This document shows, piece by piece, positions 17,463 through 27,730 of a stretch of 64,000 nucleotides of DNA. The DNA comes from an uncultured virus (IMG/VR IMGVR_UViG_3300049740_001611) (lineage: Duplodnaviria; Heunggongvirae; Uroviricota; Caudoviricetes). Position numbers and translations under genes: made by a program. A model generated the notes under the pieces. That model was not told where the DNA came from, did not search any database, and saw only the letters and a list, made by a program, of their open reading frames with translations. The DNA is taken from the IMG/VR virus record IMGVR_UViG_3300049740_001611. The stretch is one strand, 5' to 3'. Positions within the stretch are counted from its first letter, which is position 1; each line of letters opens with the position of its first letter.

Positions 17463-20400
17463 ATGGCAAAAACACAAGTAAAAAACTATAAATTTACCCC
17501 AGGATTAGGTTCAGAAGGAAATCTGTACCCGAATGCATATGCTCTACTAAATGCTAATAAAGCATTTTTGCAAGCAGAAAGCACAGCATACATTAATAAA
17601 GAAATTGCTGACACGGCTAAATGTAAAAGAGATATTGGTCTTATAATTGAAGGTACAGCATTTGATGTTGCATTTGGATCAAACTATAATGCTTTATTTT
17701 TAGGAAGAGCAGAAAGTTATTCAATTGACAATTCAGAAACTGTTTTTAGAACAATTGATAGAGCATTAAATCATATGTTATTGATACCTCAAGTTGCTGT
17801 TGATTCAACAGCAAAAGCTAGGGTTAAAGATACAATTAATGAAATTAAAAACAATATGCGAACAGGTGCATATAGCGCACTATCGCTTCCTAATCCAACT
17901 AATGCAACAGCAAGTAGAATTTCTGCAAAAGATAGACTTTTAGCTAACGAAACATTTTTAAGAGATGAAGTTTTAGCATGGACGATTGTAAATTATCCTT
18001 CATACGATATTAATCAATCATACGGACTAACAAAAGGATCGTGTGATGTAAAGTATGCAATACGAGCTGCAGCATACGATATACTATATGGTGGTAATTC
18101 AGCAAGTTTTGATGTTGCAAAATTATTTCCAAACTCAGCTGATCCAGCAGTAGGATTAACTGGCGATCATCAAGACGCAGTAGTTGCGGGTTATGGTAGA
18201 TTAAAAACAATTATTGCTGAAGTAGCAACAGGTGCTGCTGTAACAGTTAGTGCCGGGAACAGTACAGCGCAAGTAACATCAGGTACAAATGCTTCTGCAT
18301 CAGAGGGAACAACATTAACTGGATTAATTGATATTACATCAGATGTTATTGAAACAGGAGTAGCAACTTTAGATGCATTAACTAGAACAACCGGTAGTAT
18401 TGGATGGACTTCTAATGTAATACAACAAGCAAAAAATTCTATAGTTAATAATAAATCTAAAATTGTTAGCGAAGTAACATGGGAAACTGGATACACATAT
18501 AATCAAGCAAAGTGTGAAAGAGATGTAGGTTATATTATTGATTCTTATTTGCACGATATCCGTTATGGCGGCAATCAAAGCATTACTAAATCAATAAGTT
18601 ACTATTGGGATCAAGGTGTTGCACAAGTTGACGGAAATAGAATACCAGAAATTGACACACATGCATTTTTGCAAGATTTAATTAGAGATTATATCCTTTA
18701 TAACGCACCGTGGAATGCGCAAAATCAAGTAGGTGTAACACAAACTATAGATACATCGACTCCGGCAGAAACAACACATTATACGCCTACTGATGCTACA
18801 TATACGCCTTCAACAGGCATTATGACTTTAGAGATTGGTACGCACACGCTTCAAGCTGATGATAAAATTATTATTAGACCGGATGGAATAACGTTTACTT
18901 GTGCATTAGACAGTAATGCTACATTACATCCTTATCCACGCAGAGCAGGCGTTCCTAATGCATTACAGCGCGATCCATATTTTAATAAACCAATTACTAT
19001 TACTGGTGTCACTGCAACATCTATTACAATGAATGTAGGTATAAGTTCTGATACTTCATTACATACATTTTCAAGTGCTATAACAGGAGCAGTGATTGCT
19101 GGCGCAAGTATGCGAGCTGTAACGCTTTCACAAAACACTGTTGATGTTCTTACTAACGGAATTACTAGCCTTCCTACAGCAGAAACAACAGGTTTAGGCA
19201 ATATCAAAATCCAAGGAAGATATACTTCAGACGAATTACTGCTTGTCACTAACACATCCAAAAATGAAATAATTTATAATTTTAGTGACCCCGAAGCCGG
19301 TGCAGAATGTGTTATTAAAGATCACGGCGCAGACGAAGATTTTCCAAAGTATCTACAGACAACTGATGCTGTAACTACTATTAATTTAACATACAACACA
19401 ACTACACATTCATCAACTGACGATCTACAAATTTTTGTAGAAAAAATGGAAAATGGAAAAAGTGTAGTAACGCAACGACCATATGATTTTGGAACAGACG
19501 CAATTGAACGTATGCGTATTGCTCCTCCATTAAGTATGCTTGATGCTGACTTTGAGTACGGTTTACAGCCTACTAAATGGTCTGCAATTTCTATGATGCG
19601 TGGATATCCAAGTGTATACGAAATTCCAGGAACAGATACACAGGTATTAAGTGTTGAAACTGATGCAAGTGACGGAACAGATGGTATTGGTGCTTCATTA
19701 ATTACAGTTACAACAGTATCAGCACACGGATTTGAAGTAGGTACACCTATTACAATTAAAGCTCTTGAAACATCTATTGCAGGCGCAGCACGAGCTGAAG
19801 GTTCGTTTGTTATTATTAGTGTACCAACTAATTTAAGTTTCCAGTACTATGCTAAATCAAAAGTAGGAACAGCAGATGGTGAGCAATTAGCAGCCGGTTA
19901 TACTCAACTAAGAAAAGGTGGTTTTTATACCGGAGCAGGAATTGACGGCGCAGAATTTGATGTATTAAGTAACGGTTCTTCGGGTGCAATGGTGTCTGAG
20001 CTAATAGTCCAAACCGGAGCAAATACTATTCCGTTTGACGGTAATTCACCTGAAGTTGGCTCACCTTTAATAAGTCCTCTTATTCCAGTAGGTTCACAGG
20101 TTACTAATATTATTGATAACAGTGCAGGCGGCGGCGAGTACTTAACATTAAATATTGGATCCAATGCTAATATTGGAGATACAGATATACAATTATTTGA
20201 TGCAACCGGTGTTGTTCCAAACCTAGCATTAGATAGAGGCGACGGTGTAGCAACATTTATTAACAATGTTGTAGGAAGTACAGTTTCATTAAGCAGTGGA
20301 TTAACTTCATCACTTGTATCAAATACAAAAACATATCCAATATTAACTCCAACAACAGTTCAGCCTGCTGGTTCCGGCGCACTGCTTAATATACAAAGAT

Positions 20401-23400
20401 CCGGCGGATCCTATTCTCTATCAGCAATTGACCTAGCAGGTCTTAATTATGAAGTAGGTGATAAATTTCTAATAGACGGTACTCAACTTGGCGGCGTAAC
20501 TGCCACTAATGATATGTTTGGTACAGTTGCTAGTATTACAGCGACTGGCGGCATTGCAACAGTAACACTTACAGGTACGGCAGTTGCAGGTACAGAAAAT
20601 TATACTGGTATTGCGGCACCATTAGCTGGAGGCATTGGTATTAATCCGCCCCAGTTTAATGTAACTATGGCTAATAACGCATTTACAAGCGTTGGTGTTG
20701 AAGGATCACCGCCAAATGTTTCAGAAGACTTCGTAGTTAACGATAGATTATTAATATCAGGTGATCAGTTTCCAGGAGGCACAAGTCCTGCTAACGATTT
20801 AATTATAAAAGTTACAGGAATCCAAACTGCTGTCTCTGGCGAAACCGGAAATATTAATACTGTAGTAATTGAGAGCGGCACTGCTCCAAACGCAGATGTG
20901 TTATTTCCTAATGTAAGTTTTACAACGTCTAGTGCTGGAACCACTGCTGAAGTAGATGTTAGAATGCAAGGCACGTCTTATGCTGTGATTGTTACAGTAC
21001 CGGGCACTGGATATAGTATCGGTGATACACTGCTAGTATCAGGTACAAATTTAAACGGCGCATCTCCTACAAACGATGCAACAATTACAATTGATAACGT
21101 TGGTGGCAGTGGAGATATTACAGCTGCAAGCATATCAGGTACCGCAACTAACCAACAGATTGTTACACCACTAACAGGAACAATCCTTGCAGGTACTGGA
21201 GCATTGTTTGACATTGCTCTTACTCCTAATAACTATGCAGTTACACTTAACGTTGGCGGATTAAACTTCTTTGTAGATCAAGAACTTAAAATATTAGGTA
21301 CAGAACTACAAGGTCAAACACCAGCAAATGACATTACTATTACAATAACAAGTGTAAGTGGTACTGGCGCAATCACAGGATTTAGTAGTGCAGGTACAGC
21401 AACAAGTGGAACAGAAACTTATTTAGGTTTATTACTAACAAATGTTAATAGACCGGGTTCTGGTGCAGAATTTAGTGTTCAGCGAATAAACGGTGGCTAC
21501 CAAGAAATAGACGGCGACGGCGGAACACAATATGAAATAGGTGATGTATTAACACTTAATGGTAGTGATATGGACGGTGTAAATGGCGACAATGATATTA
21601 CTATCACAGTTACAGGTGTCGATACACTTAACAATAATGCATTAACAACATTTACAACAACACAACAGCCGGCAAATCCAGGCACACAAGTTCCGTTAAT
21701 ATCAACATTTACAATGACAGAAGCAACAACAGGACAGATGGCTGCAAATACAGCAATTACGTTTAGTGCTATTGCAACATTAGAAGTTACATTCCCTGCT
21801 GCACACGGACTTGTGCCAGGTGATACGTTTATTACAGCAACATCGACAGATGACGGAACAAACAATCATGATCTTGCAGACGGAGCATTCCTTGTTACTA
21901 ATATTCCGGCAATAGATAAACTAAGATATACTGCTAGAGCAGCAGGAACAATTACAACAGATGCTGCTACTGATCCGATCAATGGCGTACTATATGCAAG
22001 GCCAGACAGCTTCTTTGTTCATAGACCATTTGATGGCGGTGTGCAGTTAGGAACAGGCGGTCCACAGCATGGCGCACAAGCAATACGTCAAAGTAAAAAA
22101 TATATTCGTTACCAATCAGGTAAGGGTATTATGTATACAACTGGTGCGCTATTTGCTCCAAGTTACGATCTTTCAACTATATCAGCAGCTGGAACAGAAC
22201 TTAATTCGTTAATTACTATTACAACAGATGATAACGATCACGGCGTACAAGCAGGCGGCATAATTAGATTGTTAGGTGTAGAAACACCGGGATATAATTC
22301 AGGAGTTAATCCGGAAGTACCTCCAGGATTTGATTACACAGTTGAAGAAGTATTAAGTGAACGTTCATTTACAGTTAGATCAAAACGCAGATTAGGCGAC
22401 ACTACAGAAATTGTTTTAAACTCGCCGACTAATACGTCACCACTAGTTGTTGCATTTGATGAAGCAGCAAGTGGAACTAACACTCATGACATACACAACT
22501 TCTTTATCAACGAGACTGCACCAGATGGATATGCGTGGGGCGATATTAACAACTCAGGAAGCTTCACTGTAGATGATACTACTGATCTTATAAATTATTT
22601 AGACGGTGTTTCACAAGCTGAATCGTTATCTACAAGAATTGCAGATACTCTTGCAGAACTTAAGAAAAGAAGAAATACAGCCGTAGTTGAAGATACTATT
22701 GGAGCATTTAAACAAGAAGCCAACATTGGTTTTGGCGCACAAATGAGTGTTGTTGCATGGCACGGCGCAACTGTACGTTCAGGCATCTTTGATGATCAAA
22801 ACGGCATTTTTTGGGAATTCGACGGTACTAACGTTAGTGTTAATCAACGTACTGGTACTCAGCAGGTAGCTGGAACTATTGCAATTGAAGTTGACGGGAA
22901 TCTAGTAACAGGAACAAACACAAGATTCCGCGATCAGTTAACAGCAGGTGATAGAGTTATTATCAAAGGTATGACACACGTGGTAACAAATGTTACTAGC
23001 CAAACATCTTGTACTGTTACGCCTGACTTTAGAGGTGTAACTCCTGCTACTGGTGCAAAAATGAATCTAGTTATTGATAAGAAAGTTAAGTCAGCTGACT
23101 TTAATCTAGACACATTGGATGGCAATGGTCCTAGTGGATACGACATTGATATTGCTAAAATGCAAATGATTGGTATTCAATACAGTTGGTATGGTGCTGG
23201 ATTTATTGACTTTATGCTTCGCGGACAAGATGGTAACTTTATATTCTGTCACAGAATGCGTAACTCAAACGTAAACACAGAAGCATTTATGCGTTCAGGT
23301 AACTTGCCTGTGCGTTATGAAGTTACTAACGAAGGACCTCCGGGTAAACTAGCAGCAGATTTGGATGCAAGTGCAACTACTTTAGAACTAGTGGACGGAA

Positions 23401-24773
23401 GTTTCTTCCCAGAATACGGCACTGTTTATATTGATAATGAAATTATTACGTTTAGTGGACGTTCTTCAAATCATCTAACTGGTTTAACAAGAGGAACAAC
23501 ATTAACTAACTTCCAAGCAGGCGCCGAACGTACTTATAGCGCAGGCGGAGCTGTCCCACATGATGCAAGAACTGGCGTAATATTAATTAGTAATACAATT
23601 ACTCCTTTAATTAGTCACTGGGGTTCGGCGTTCTTAACAGACGGCGGATTTGATGAAGATAGAGGATATATCTTCTCATATGCAGAACCAGGAATTGATG
23701 TTAGTACAACTAAACAAACAGCGTTTATGATTAGACTAGCACCCAGTGTTTCAAACGCAATTATTGGAGACTTAGGTGAAAGAGAACTACTAAACAGAGC
23801 ACAATTGTTGCTACAAGGTCTTGAAGTTACATCAGACGGTGTTGATACTGGAAATAGTAATGCACCAATAACTGGCGGTATTGTTGTTGAAGGTGTACTT
23901 AACCCACAAAACTATCCAATCAATCCAAACGATGTTGGTTGGACAACATTGAGCGGTGTTGCGCAAGGTGGTCAGCCTAGCTTTGCACAAGTTGCTGCTG
24001 GTGGTTCTGTTGTATGGTCAACAGGCGAGGCTGCTACTACAGCAACAGCTACAGCACTTGGTAGTGTAGTGGCTACTATGAATAATGATGATTATCCAAC
24101 TTGGAGGAGGAATACTACACTATATTACTCTACAAGCATGTATGAAGCTAACGGACCAATTGTTGTTGGATCAACAGTAACAGGCACTAATATTAGATCT
24201 GATACTACTGTTACTAGTGTTAACGTGTACACTAGCTATGTTGCAATAAGAATAAGCCGAGGCGTGAGCAACACCATTGATAATCAACAGCAGACATTTA
24301 CGTTTAATGAATCACTTGTAGGCAGAAACTATGCATATCTTAGTAAATCAGAAATTGATACTGCAGGAGTTAAGCAAGGTACAAATCTAAGTAACGGCGG
24401 CTCAGTAACTTTCCCTGCTAACACACAGGTTAACAGTGTAACTGCTAAACAACACGGATCTACTCAATTTTATGAAGTACAGTTTAACAATTCGTTTAGT
24501 GGAACACTAACAGCAGGTAGTGGTACAGTAGAATTTACATTCGTTCAACCACCCTATGCACAACCAGGTGAAACTGTGTTCTCCTTTATTGCAACACCAG
24601 GAGAACGTGCAACTGTTGACTTTAGTGAATTGAAAGAGCTTACAAATACTACGCTAGGTGGACGAGGAACATTCCCAAATGGTCCAGACGTACTTGCTAT
24701 TAATGTGTATAAAGTGGGCGGTACAAATGTTGAAGCTAACTTGATTCTTAAATGGGGTGAAGCGCAAGCCTAA
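17463..24773 (+). CDS. Giant virion structural protein (2436 aa) with three N-terminal phycobiliprotein-like repeats, tandem beta repeats and a dockerin-like motif
   Basis: Uninterrupted ORF. KCKRDIG, KGSCDVK and KCERDVG motifs; about 5 repeats of G-x-x-[YF]-x-[VI]-[GD]-D-x-L-x-I-x-G-x-x-L-x-G-x-x-P-x-ND-x-x-I-x-V; WGDINNSGSFTVDDTTDLINYL. Confidence 0.75.
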   Translation: MAKTQVKNYKFTPGLGSEGNLYPNAYALLNANKAFLQAESTAYINKEIADTAKCKRDIGLIIEGTAFDVAFGSNYNALFLGRAESYSIDNSETVFRTIDRALNHMLLIPQVAVDSTAKARVKDTINEIKNNMRTGAYSALSLPNPTNATASRISAKDRLLANETFLRDEVLAWTIVNYPSYDINQSYGLTKGSCDVKYAIRAAAYDILYGGNSASFDVAKLFPNSADPAVGLTGDHQDAVVAGYGRLKTIIAEVATGAAVTVSAGNSTAQVTSGTNASASEGTTLTGLIDITSDVIETGVATLDALTRTTGSIGWTSNVIQQAKNSIVNNKSKIVSEVTWETGYTYNQAKCERDVGYIIDSYLHDIRYGGNQSITKSISYYWDQGVAQVDGNRIPEIDTHAFLQDLIRDYILYNAPWNAQNQVGVTQTIDTSTPAETTHYTPTDATYTPSTGIMTLEIGTHTLQADDKIIIRPDGITFTCALDSNATLHPYPRRAGVPNALQRDPYFNKPITITGVTATSITMNVGISSDTSLHTFSSAITGAVIAGASMRAVTLSQNTVDVLTNGITSLPTAETTGLGNIKIQGRYTSDELLLVTNTSKNEIIYNFSDPEAGAECVIKDHGADEDFPKYLQTTDAVTTINLTYNTTTHSSTDDLQIFVEKMENGKSVVTQRPYDFGTDAIERMRIAPPLSMLDADFEYGLQPTKWSAISMMRGYPSVYEIPGTDTQVLSVETDASDGTDGIGASLITVTTVSAHGFEVGTPITIKALETSIAGAARAEGSFVIISVPTNLSFQYYAKSKVGTADGEQLAAGYTQLRKGGFYTGAGIDGAEFDVLSNGSSGAMVSELIVQTGANTIPFDGNSPEVGSPLISPLIPVGSQVTNIIDNSAGGGEYLTLNIGSNANIGDTDIQLFDATGVVPNLALDRGDGVATFINNVVGSTVSLSSGLTSSLVSNTKTYPILTPTTVQPAGSGALLNIQRSGGSYSLSAIDLAGLNYEVGDKFLIDGTQLGGVTATNDMFGTVASITATGGIATVTLTGTAVAGTENYTGIAAPLAGGIGINPPQFNVTMANNAFTSVGVEGSPPNVSEDFVVNDRLLISGDQFPGGTSPANDLIIKVTGIQTAVSGETGNINTVVIESGTAPNADVLFPNVSFTTSSAGTTAEVDVRMQGTSYAVIVTVPGTGYSIGDTLLVSGTNLNGASPTNDATITIDNVGGSGDITAASISGTATNQQIVTPLTGTILAGTGALFDIALTPNNYAVTLNVGGLNFFVDQELKILGTELQGQTPANDITITITSVSGTGAITGFSSAGTATSGTETYLGLLLTNVNRPGSGAEFSVQRINGGYQEIDGDGGTQYEIGDVLTLNGSDMDGVNGDNDITITVTGVDTLNNNALTTFTTTQQPANPGTQVPLISTFTMTEATTGQMAANTAITFSAIATLEVTFPAAHGLVPGDTFITATSTDDGTNNHDLADGAFLVTNIPAIDKLRYTARAAGTITTDAATDPINGVLYARPDSFFVHRPFDGGVQLGTGGPQHGAQAIRQSKKYIRYQSGKGIMYTTGALFAPSYDLSTISAAGTELNSLITITTDDNDHGVQAGGIIRLLGVETPGYNSGVNPEVPPGFDYTVEEVLSERSFTVRSKRRLGDTTEIVLNSPTNTSPLVVAFDEAASGTNTHDIHNFFINETAPDGYAWGDINNSGSFTVDDTTDLINYLDGVSQAESLSTRIADTLAELKKRRNTAVVEDTIGAFKQEANIGFGAQMSVVAWHGATVRSGIFDDQNGIFWEFDGTNVSVNQRTGTQQVAGTIAIEVDGNLVTGTNTRFRDQLTAGDRVIIKGMTHVVTNVTSQTSCTVTPDFRGVTPATGAKMNLVIDKKVKSADFNLDTLDGNGPSGYDIDIAKMQMIGIQYSWYGAGFIDFMLRGQDGNFIFCHRMRNSNVNTEAFMRSGNLPVRYEVTNEGPPGKLAADLDASATTLELVDGSFFPEYGTVYIDNEIITFSGRSSNHLTGLTRGTTLTNFQAGAERTYSAGGAVPHDARTGVILISNTITPLISHWGSAFLTDGGFDEDRGYIFSYAEPGIDVSTTKQTAFMIRLAPSVSNAIIGDLGERELLNRAQLLLQGLEVTSDGVDTGNSNAPITGGIVVEGVLNPQNYPINPNDVGWTTLSGVAQGGQPSFAQVAAGGSVVWSTGEAATTATATALGSVVATMNNDDYPTWRRNTTLYYSTSMYEANGPIVVGSTVTGTNIRSDTTVTSVNVYTSYVAIRISRGVSNTIDNQQQTFTFNESLVGRNYAYLSKSEIDTAGVKQGTNLSNGGSVTFPANTQVNSVTAKQHGSTQFYEVQFNNSFSGTLTAGSGTVEFTFVQPPYAQPGETVFSFIATPGERATVDFSELKELTNTTLGGRGTFPNGPDVLAINVYKVGGTNVEANLILKWGEAQA

Positions 24774-25369
24774 AGGGCTTGTGCAACGTCCCAAAGACTA
24801 TCAAATATTCGAGTTTTCTTTTTAAGTTTGTTATAAGTAAAACGAGTATTAAGCAATTTTTCAGTTTCTAATCCATGTCCGGTACGCACTAGTATAGGCT
24901 TTGCGCCTATTTTATCTGCTGCTTTTAGATCGCTAAGTTTGTCGCCAATATATATGCCTTTAGAAAATTTTATATTAGGTATTTCATCTTGGGCACGTTC
25001 AAACATTCCTATGTTTGGCTTAGCATAGAAATCTTGTTTTAAACTACTAGAGCTATAATATAGTCCGTCAATACTTGGGCATCCTGCTTTTCCTAAAAGA
25101 TCAAACATGTGTTTATGAATATCATTTAGCTGTGTTTCTGTAACAATGCCTTTTTGTATACCACCTTGATTTGTAATAATTACAATTGGGTGACCCTTAG
25201 ATCGTATTAGTGCTACCGCTTCTAAACTTTTTTCTATAGGAATAAAATCGTTAACACTAGTAACATATGTTCCAATATCTTTATTAATTACGCCGTCGCG
25301 ATCAAGACCAACAACATATTTGTTATATCTATTTAACTGTTGTGTACTAGCTTTTTGGAACCGGCTCAT
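24770..25369 (-). CDS. gmhB: D-glycero-D-manno-heptose 1,7-bisphosphate phosphatase (HAD family)
   Basis: LDRDGVIN, ITNQGGI, KPNIGM, IGDKLSD, LVRTGHG. Start taken at ATG 25369 (MSRFQK). Confidence 0.88.
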   Translation of the reverse strand: MSRFQKASTQQLNRYNKYVVGLDRDGVINKDIGTYVTSVNDFIPIEKSLEAVALIRSKGHPIVIITNQGGIQKGIVTETQLNDIHKHMFDLLGKAGCPSIDGLYYSSSSLKQDFYAKPNIGMFERAQDEIPNIKFSKGIYIGDKLSDLKAADKIGAKPILVRTGHGLETEKLLNTRFTYNKLKKKTRIFDSLWDVAQAL

Positions 25370-25751
25370 TGTTTTCTCTTTGACTGTCACCTGGGGCAAC
25401 TCGGTAATTATCTTCAACACTATCAGGTGTGCTTACTTCTGTAATACTACTTCCTGATGTAATAGCAATTAGTTGGTGCGGCTGCAATGGAGGATTATGC
25501 CATGTATCACCTGCTTTAAGCTCTTGCTCGTTCCATTTAGCAGTTTTAGTGTCAATCCATTTTACTAAAAATCTACCGTTATTTACAAACCAAGTTTCGT
25601 CTTTTTCTTGATGAAAATGCATACTAAATTGAGCGCCTGCTTTTTGAAACACCATAAGTTTTCCGCAATACTTGTCATTAGTTGCCCAAATTAATTCGTA
25701 GCCCCAACCTTTTTCTACAACACCGTTTAACCGAGTAGTTTCACTTTCCAT
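25347..25751 (-). CDS. Cupin-fold sugar isomerase-like protein
   Basis: KGWGYELIW, FSMHFHQEKDETW, PPLQPHQL, EVSTPDSVEDNYRV. Confidence 0.75.
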   Translation of the reverse strand: MESETTRLNGVVEKGWGYELIWATNDKYCGKLMVFQKAGAQFSMHFHQEKDETWFVNNGRFLVKWIDTKTAKWNEQELKAGDTWHNPPLQPHQLIAITSGSSITEVSTPDSVEDNYRVAPGDSQRENNEPVPKS

Positions 25752-26559
25752 TAATATAATCCTCTATATTTGTCCAATTCATGTCTATTACAGAATTTAA
25801 TTTATCTATATTAGCACATGTATAACTTTGGTATTGCGACTTTAAATTTTCTGGCATTGGAATATATTCAATGTCACCGCCGTGTTTGTTAACAATAGAT
25901 TGTGCTACTGTTTCAAAACTTACAGGGCGTCCTGTGCCTACATTGTAAATGTCTGTAGCATCTACATTTAACATTAGTTCGTGTACTTTACATATGTCTT
26001 CTACACATACAAAATCTCTAAGATAGTTATTACTATCTTCAAATAATTTAATTACACCGTTGTCTTTAGCTTGATATGCAAATTTAGTATAAGGACTTGC
26101 TTGATCACCTTTGTGTTCTTCGCCTTCTCCATACACATTAAAGTAACGGAAGCCTTGCACTAAGATACCGAATTCGTCCTTGTATTGTGTAATATATCTA
26201 TCAAACAAATATTTTGACCATGCATATGGGCTTTGCGGCAATAAAGGACCATCTTCGGTAAAATGTGTAGTAGGTCCGTATACACTTGCACTAGATGCAT
26301 ATTGTAAATTAGTACCAAAGTTTTCACACACTTGTGCAAGCCTAATACTAAATTCAAAATTTTGTTCTAGTATTTGATTTACATCAGTAAAAGTAGTTGA
26401 ACTAATTGCACCTAAATGTATACACCAATCGTAGTCTTCTGTACTAGGAATGATACCAGGTTGCCATTCCCATCCTTCTACATCATGTCCTTGACGCTGC
26501 AAATACATTGCTAGATTTCTTCCAATAAATCCTTTATATCCAGTTATTAATATTCTCAT
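25741..26559 (-). CDS. hldD: ADP-L-glycero-D-manno-heptose 6-epimerase (extended SDR)
   Basis: ITGYKGFIG, HLGAISSTT, YASSASVYG, YAWSK, RYFNVYG, EEHKG, RDFVCVED, YQSYTCA. Confidence 0.9.
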   Translation of the reverse strand: MRILITGYKGFIGRNLAMYLQRQGHDVEGWEWQPGIIPSTEDYDWCIHLGAISSTTFTDVNQILEQNFEFSIRLAQVCENFGTNLQYASSASVYGPTTHFTEDGPLLPQSPYAWSKYLFDRYITQYKDEFGILVQGFRYFNVYGEGEEHKGDQASPYTKFAYQAKDNGVIKLFEDSNNYLRDFVCVEDICKVHELMLNVDATDIYNVGTGRPVSFETVAQSIVNKHGGDIEYIPMPENLKSQYQSYTCANIDKLNSVIDMNWTNIEDYINGK

Positions 26560-27695
26560 TTGCTATTCTCTATAATTTGTGTTGTTGAGTATCCGTCTAC
26601 TGTAGGTATAATATGCACATCAGTTAAATCATGTCCTACTACAGTTTCAACAGTATAATCTCCGCCTTTTACAATTAAGTTAGGCTGTATATGTTTAATT
26701 AACTCATAAGGAGTATCTTGATCAAAAACGTGAACTTCGTCTACCCATGGTAGTATAGATATTTGTTCAACACGTTTTTCTATATTGTTTACTGGACGAT
26801 CGTTACCTTTTAGACGTTTTACACTTGCATCTGAGTTAATACCAACTACAAGTTTGTCGCCTAAACTACGTGCTTCTTTTAGTAAATTAAAATGTCCTGT
26901 ATGCATAATATCAAATACACCGTTTGTAAAGATTACATGTTCTTCAATATCATTATGTGTAAGTATATGGGTGCCTACATGCTGTACTGCACGTTTAGAT
27001 CCTTTTATAGCAAGTTCTAAACATTGCGTATAGTCATAATTCTTAGTTAATCCATATACAAATGCAGCCAAGAAACAATCACCTGCACCGGTGACATCTG
27101 ATACTTCTACTTGTGCAACAGGCAGGTTATAATCAACACCGTCTATGCTGGCAACTACGTTTTCGCCTGCGTTTGTTGTGATAATATTACCTTGCCATTC
27201 GTTAAATCCAAACTTAGTAAATTCAACATTATTAGGTTTTACTAACCATGCGCCTTTGTATTGGGTTGCATGTTCTTTAGGATCTACAATTACTTTGCAT
27301 CCAAATGTGTTTAGATGTTCGATAATTCTTAGAGATTCGTCAAGTACGCCTTTGTTGTAATCGCTTAGTATTACATAATCCCATTGAGAAAAATCACTAC
27401 GCAATACATTTCTTAGTACAGCAGTACTATCGGCCACTTTGTCATCGTCTATTCGTGTAATGTAATGCCCGTCACAAATAACTCGCGTCTTGATACTACG
27501 CGGTTGTTCAGTTTGTAATAGTGTAACATCTACACCTAGACTTTTAAGATTTTCGTATACTAGTCCTGCTCCGCCTAGTGTTTCAACTTCACGCTGATAT
27601 TTGACCACAGGTACAGGTGCTTCAGGACTTATGCGTTCTGAAGTACCATAGATATATTTGTCGATTATTACATCACCAAAAACTAATACTTTCAT
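26556..27695 (-). CDS. hldE: Bifunctional heptose-7-phosphate kinase / heptose-1-phosphate nucleotidyltransferase (compact, 379 aa)
   Basis: Kinase domain GDVIID, RISPEAPVPV, SDYNKG, DVTGAGD; transferase domain FTNGVFDIMHTGH, GINSDASVKRLKG, VKGGDY, GYSTT. Confidence 0.93.
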   Translation of the reverse strand: MKVLVFGDVIIDKYIYGTSERISPEAPVPVVKYQREVETLGGAGLVYENLKSLGVDVTLLQTEQPRSIKTRVICDGHYITRIDDDKVADSTAVLRNVLRSDFSQWDYVILSDYNKGVLDESLRIIEHLNTFGCKVIVDPKEHATQYKGAWLVKPNNVEFTKFGFNEWQGNIITTNAGENVVASIDGVDYNLPVAQVEVSDVTGAGDCFLAAFVYGLTKNYDYTQCLELAIKGSKRAVQHVGTHILTHNDIEEHVIFTNGVFDIMHTGHFNLLKEARSLGDKLVVGINSDASVKRLKGNDRPVNNIEKRVEQISILPWVDEVHVFDQDTPYELIKHIQPNLIVKGGDYTVETVVGHDLTDVHIIPTVDGYSTTQIIENSK

Positions 27696-27701
27696 AGTCT
27701 T

Positions 27702-27730
27702 ATTATACTTTCTTTTGTATTATTTGTCAA
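27702..27730 (-). promoter_or_regulatory. Consensus sigma70-type promoter for the heptose operon
   Basis: TTGACA (27730-27725), 17-bp spacer, TATAAT (27707-27702); ATG follows 6 nt later. Confidence 0.85.
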
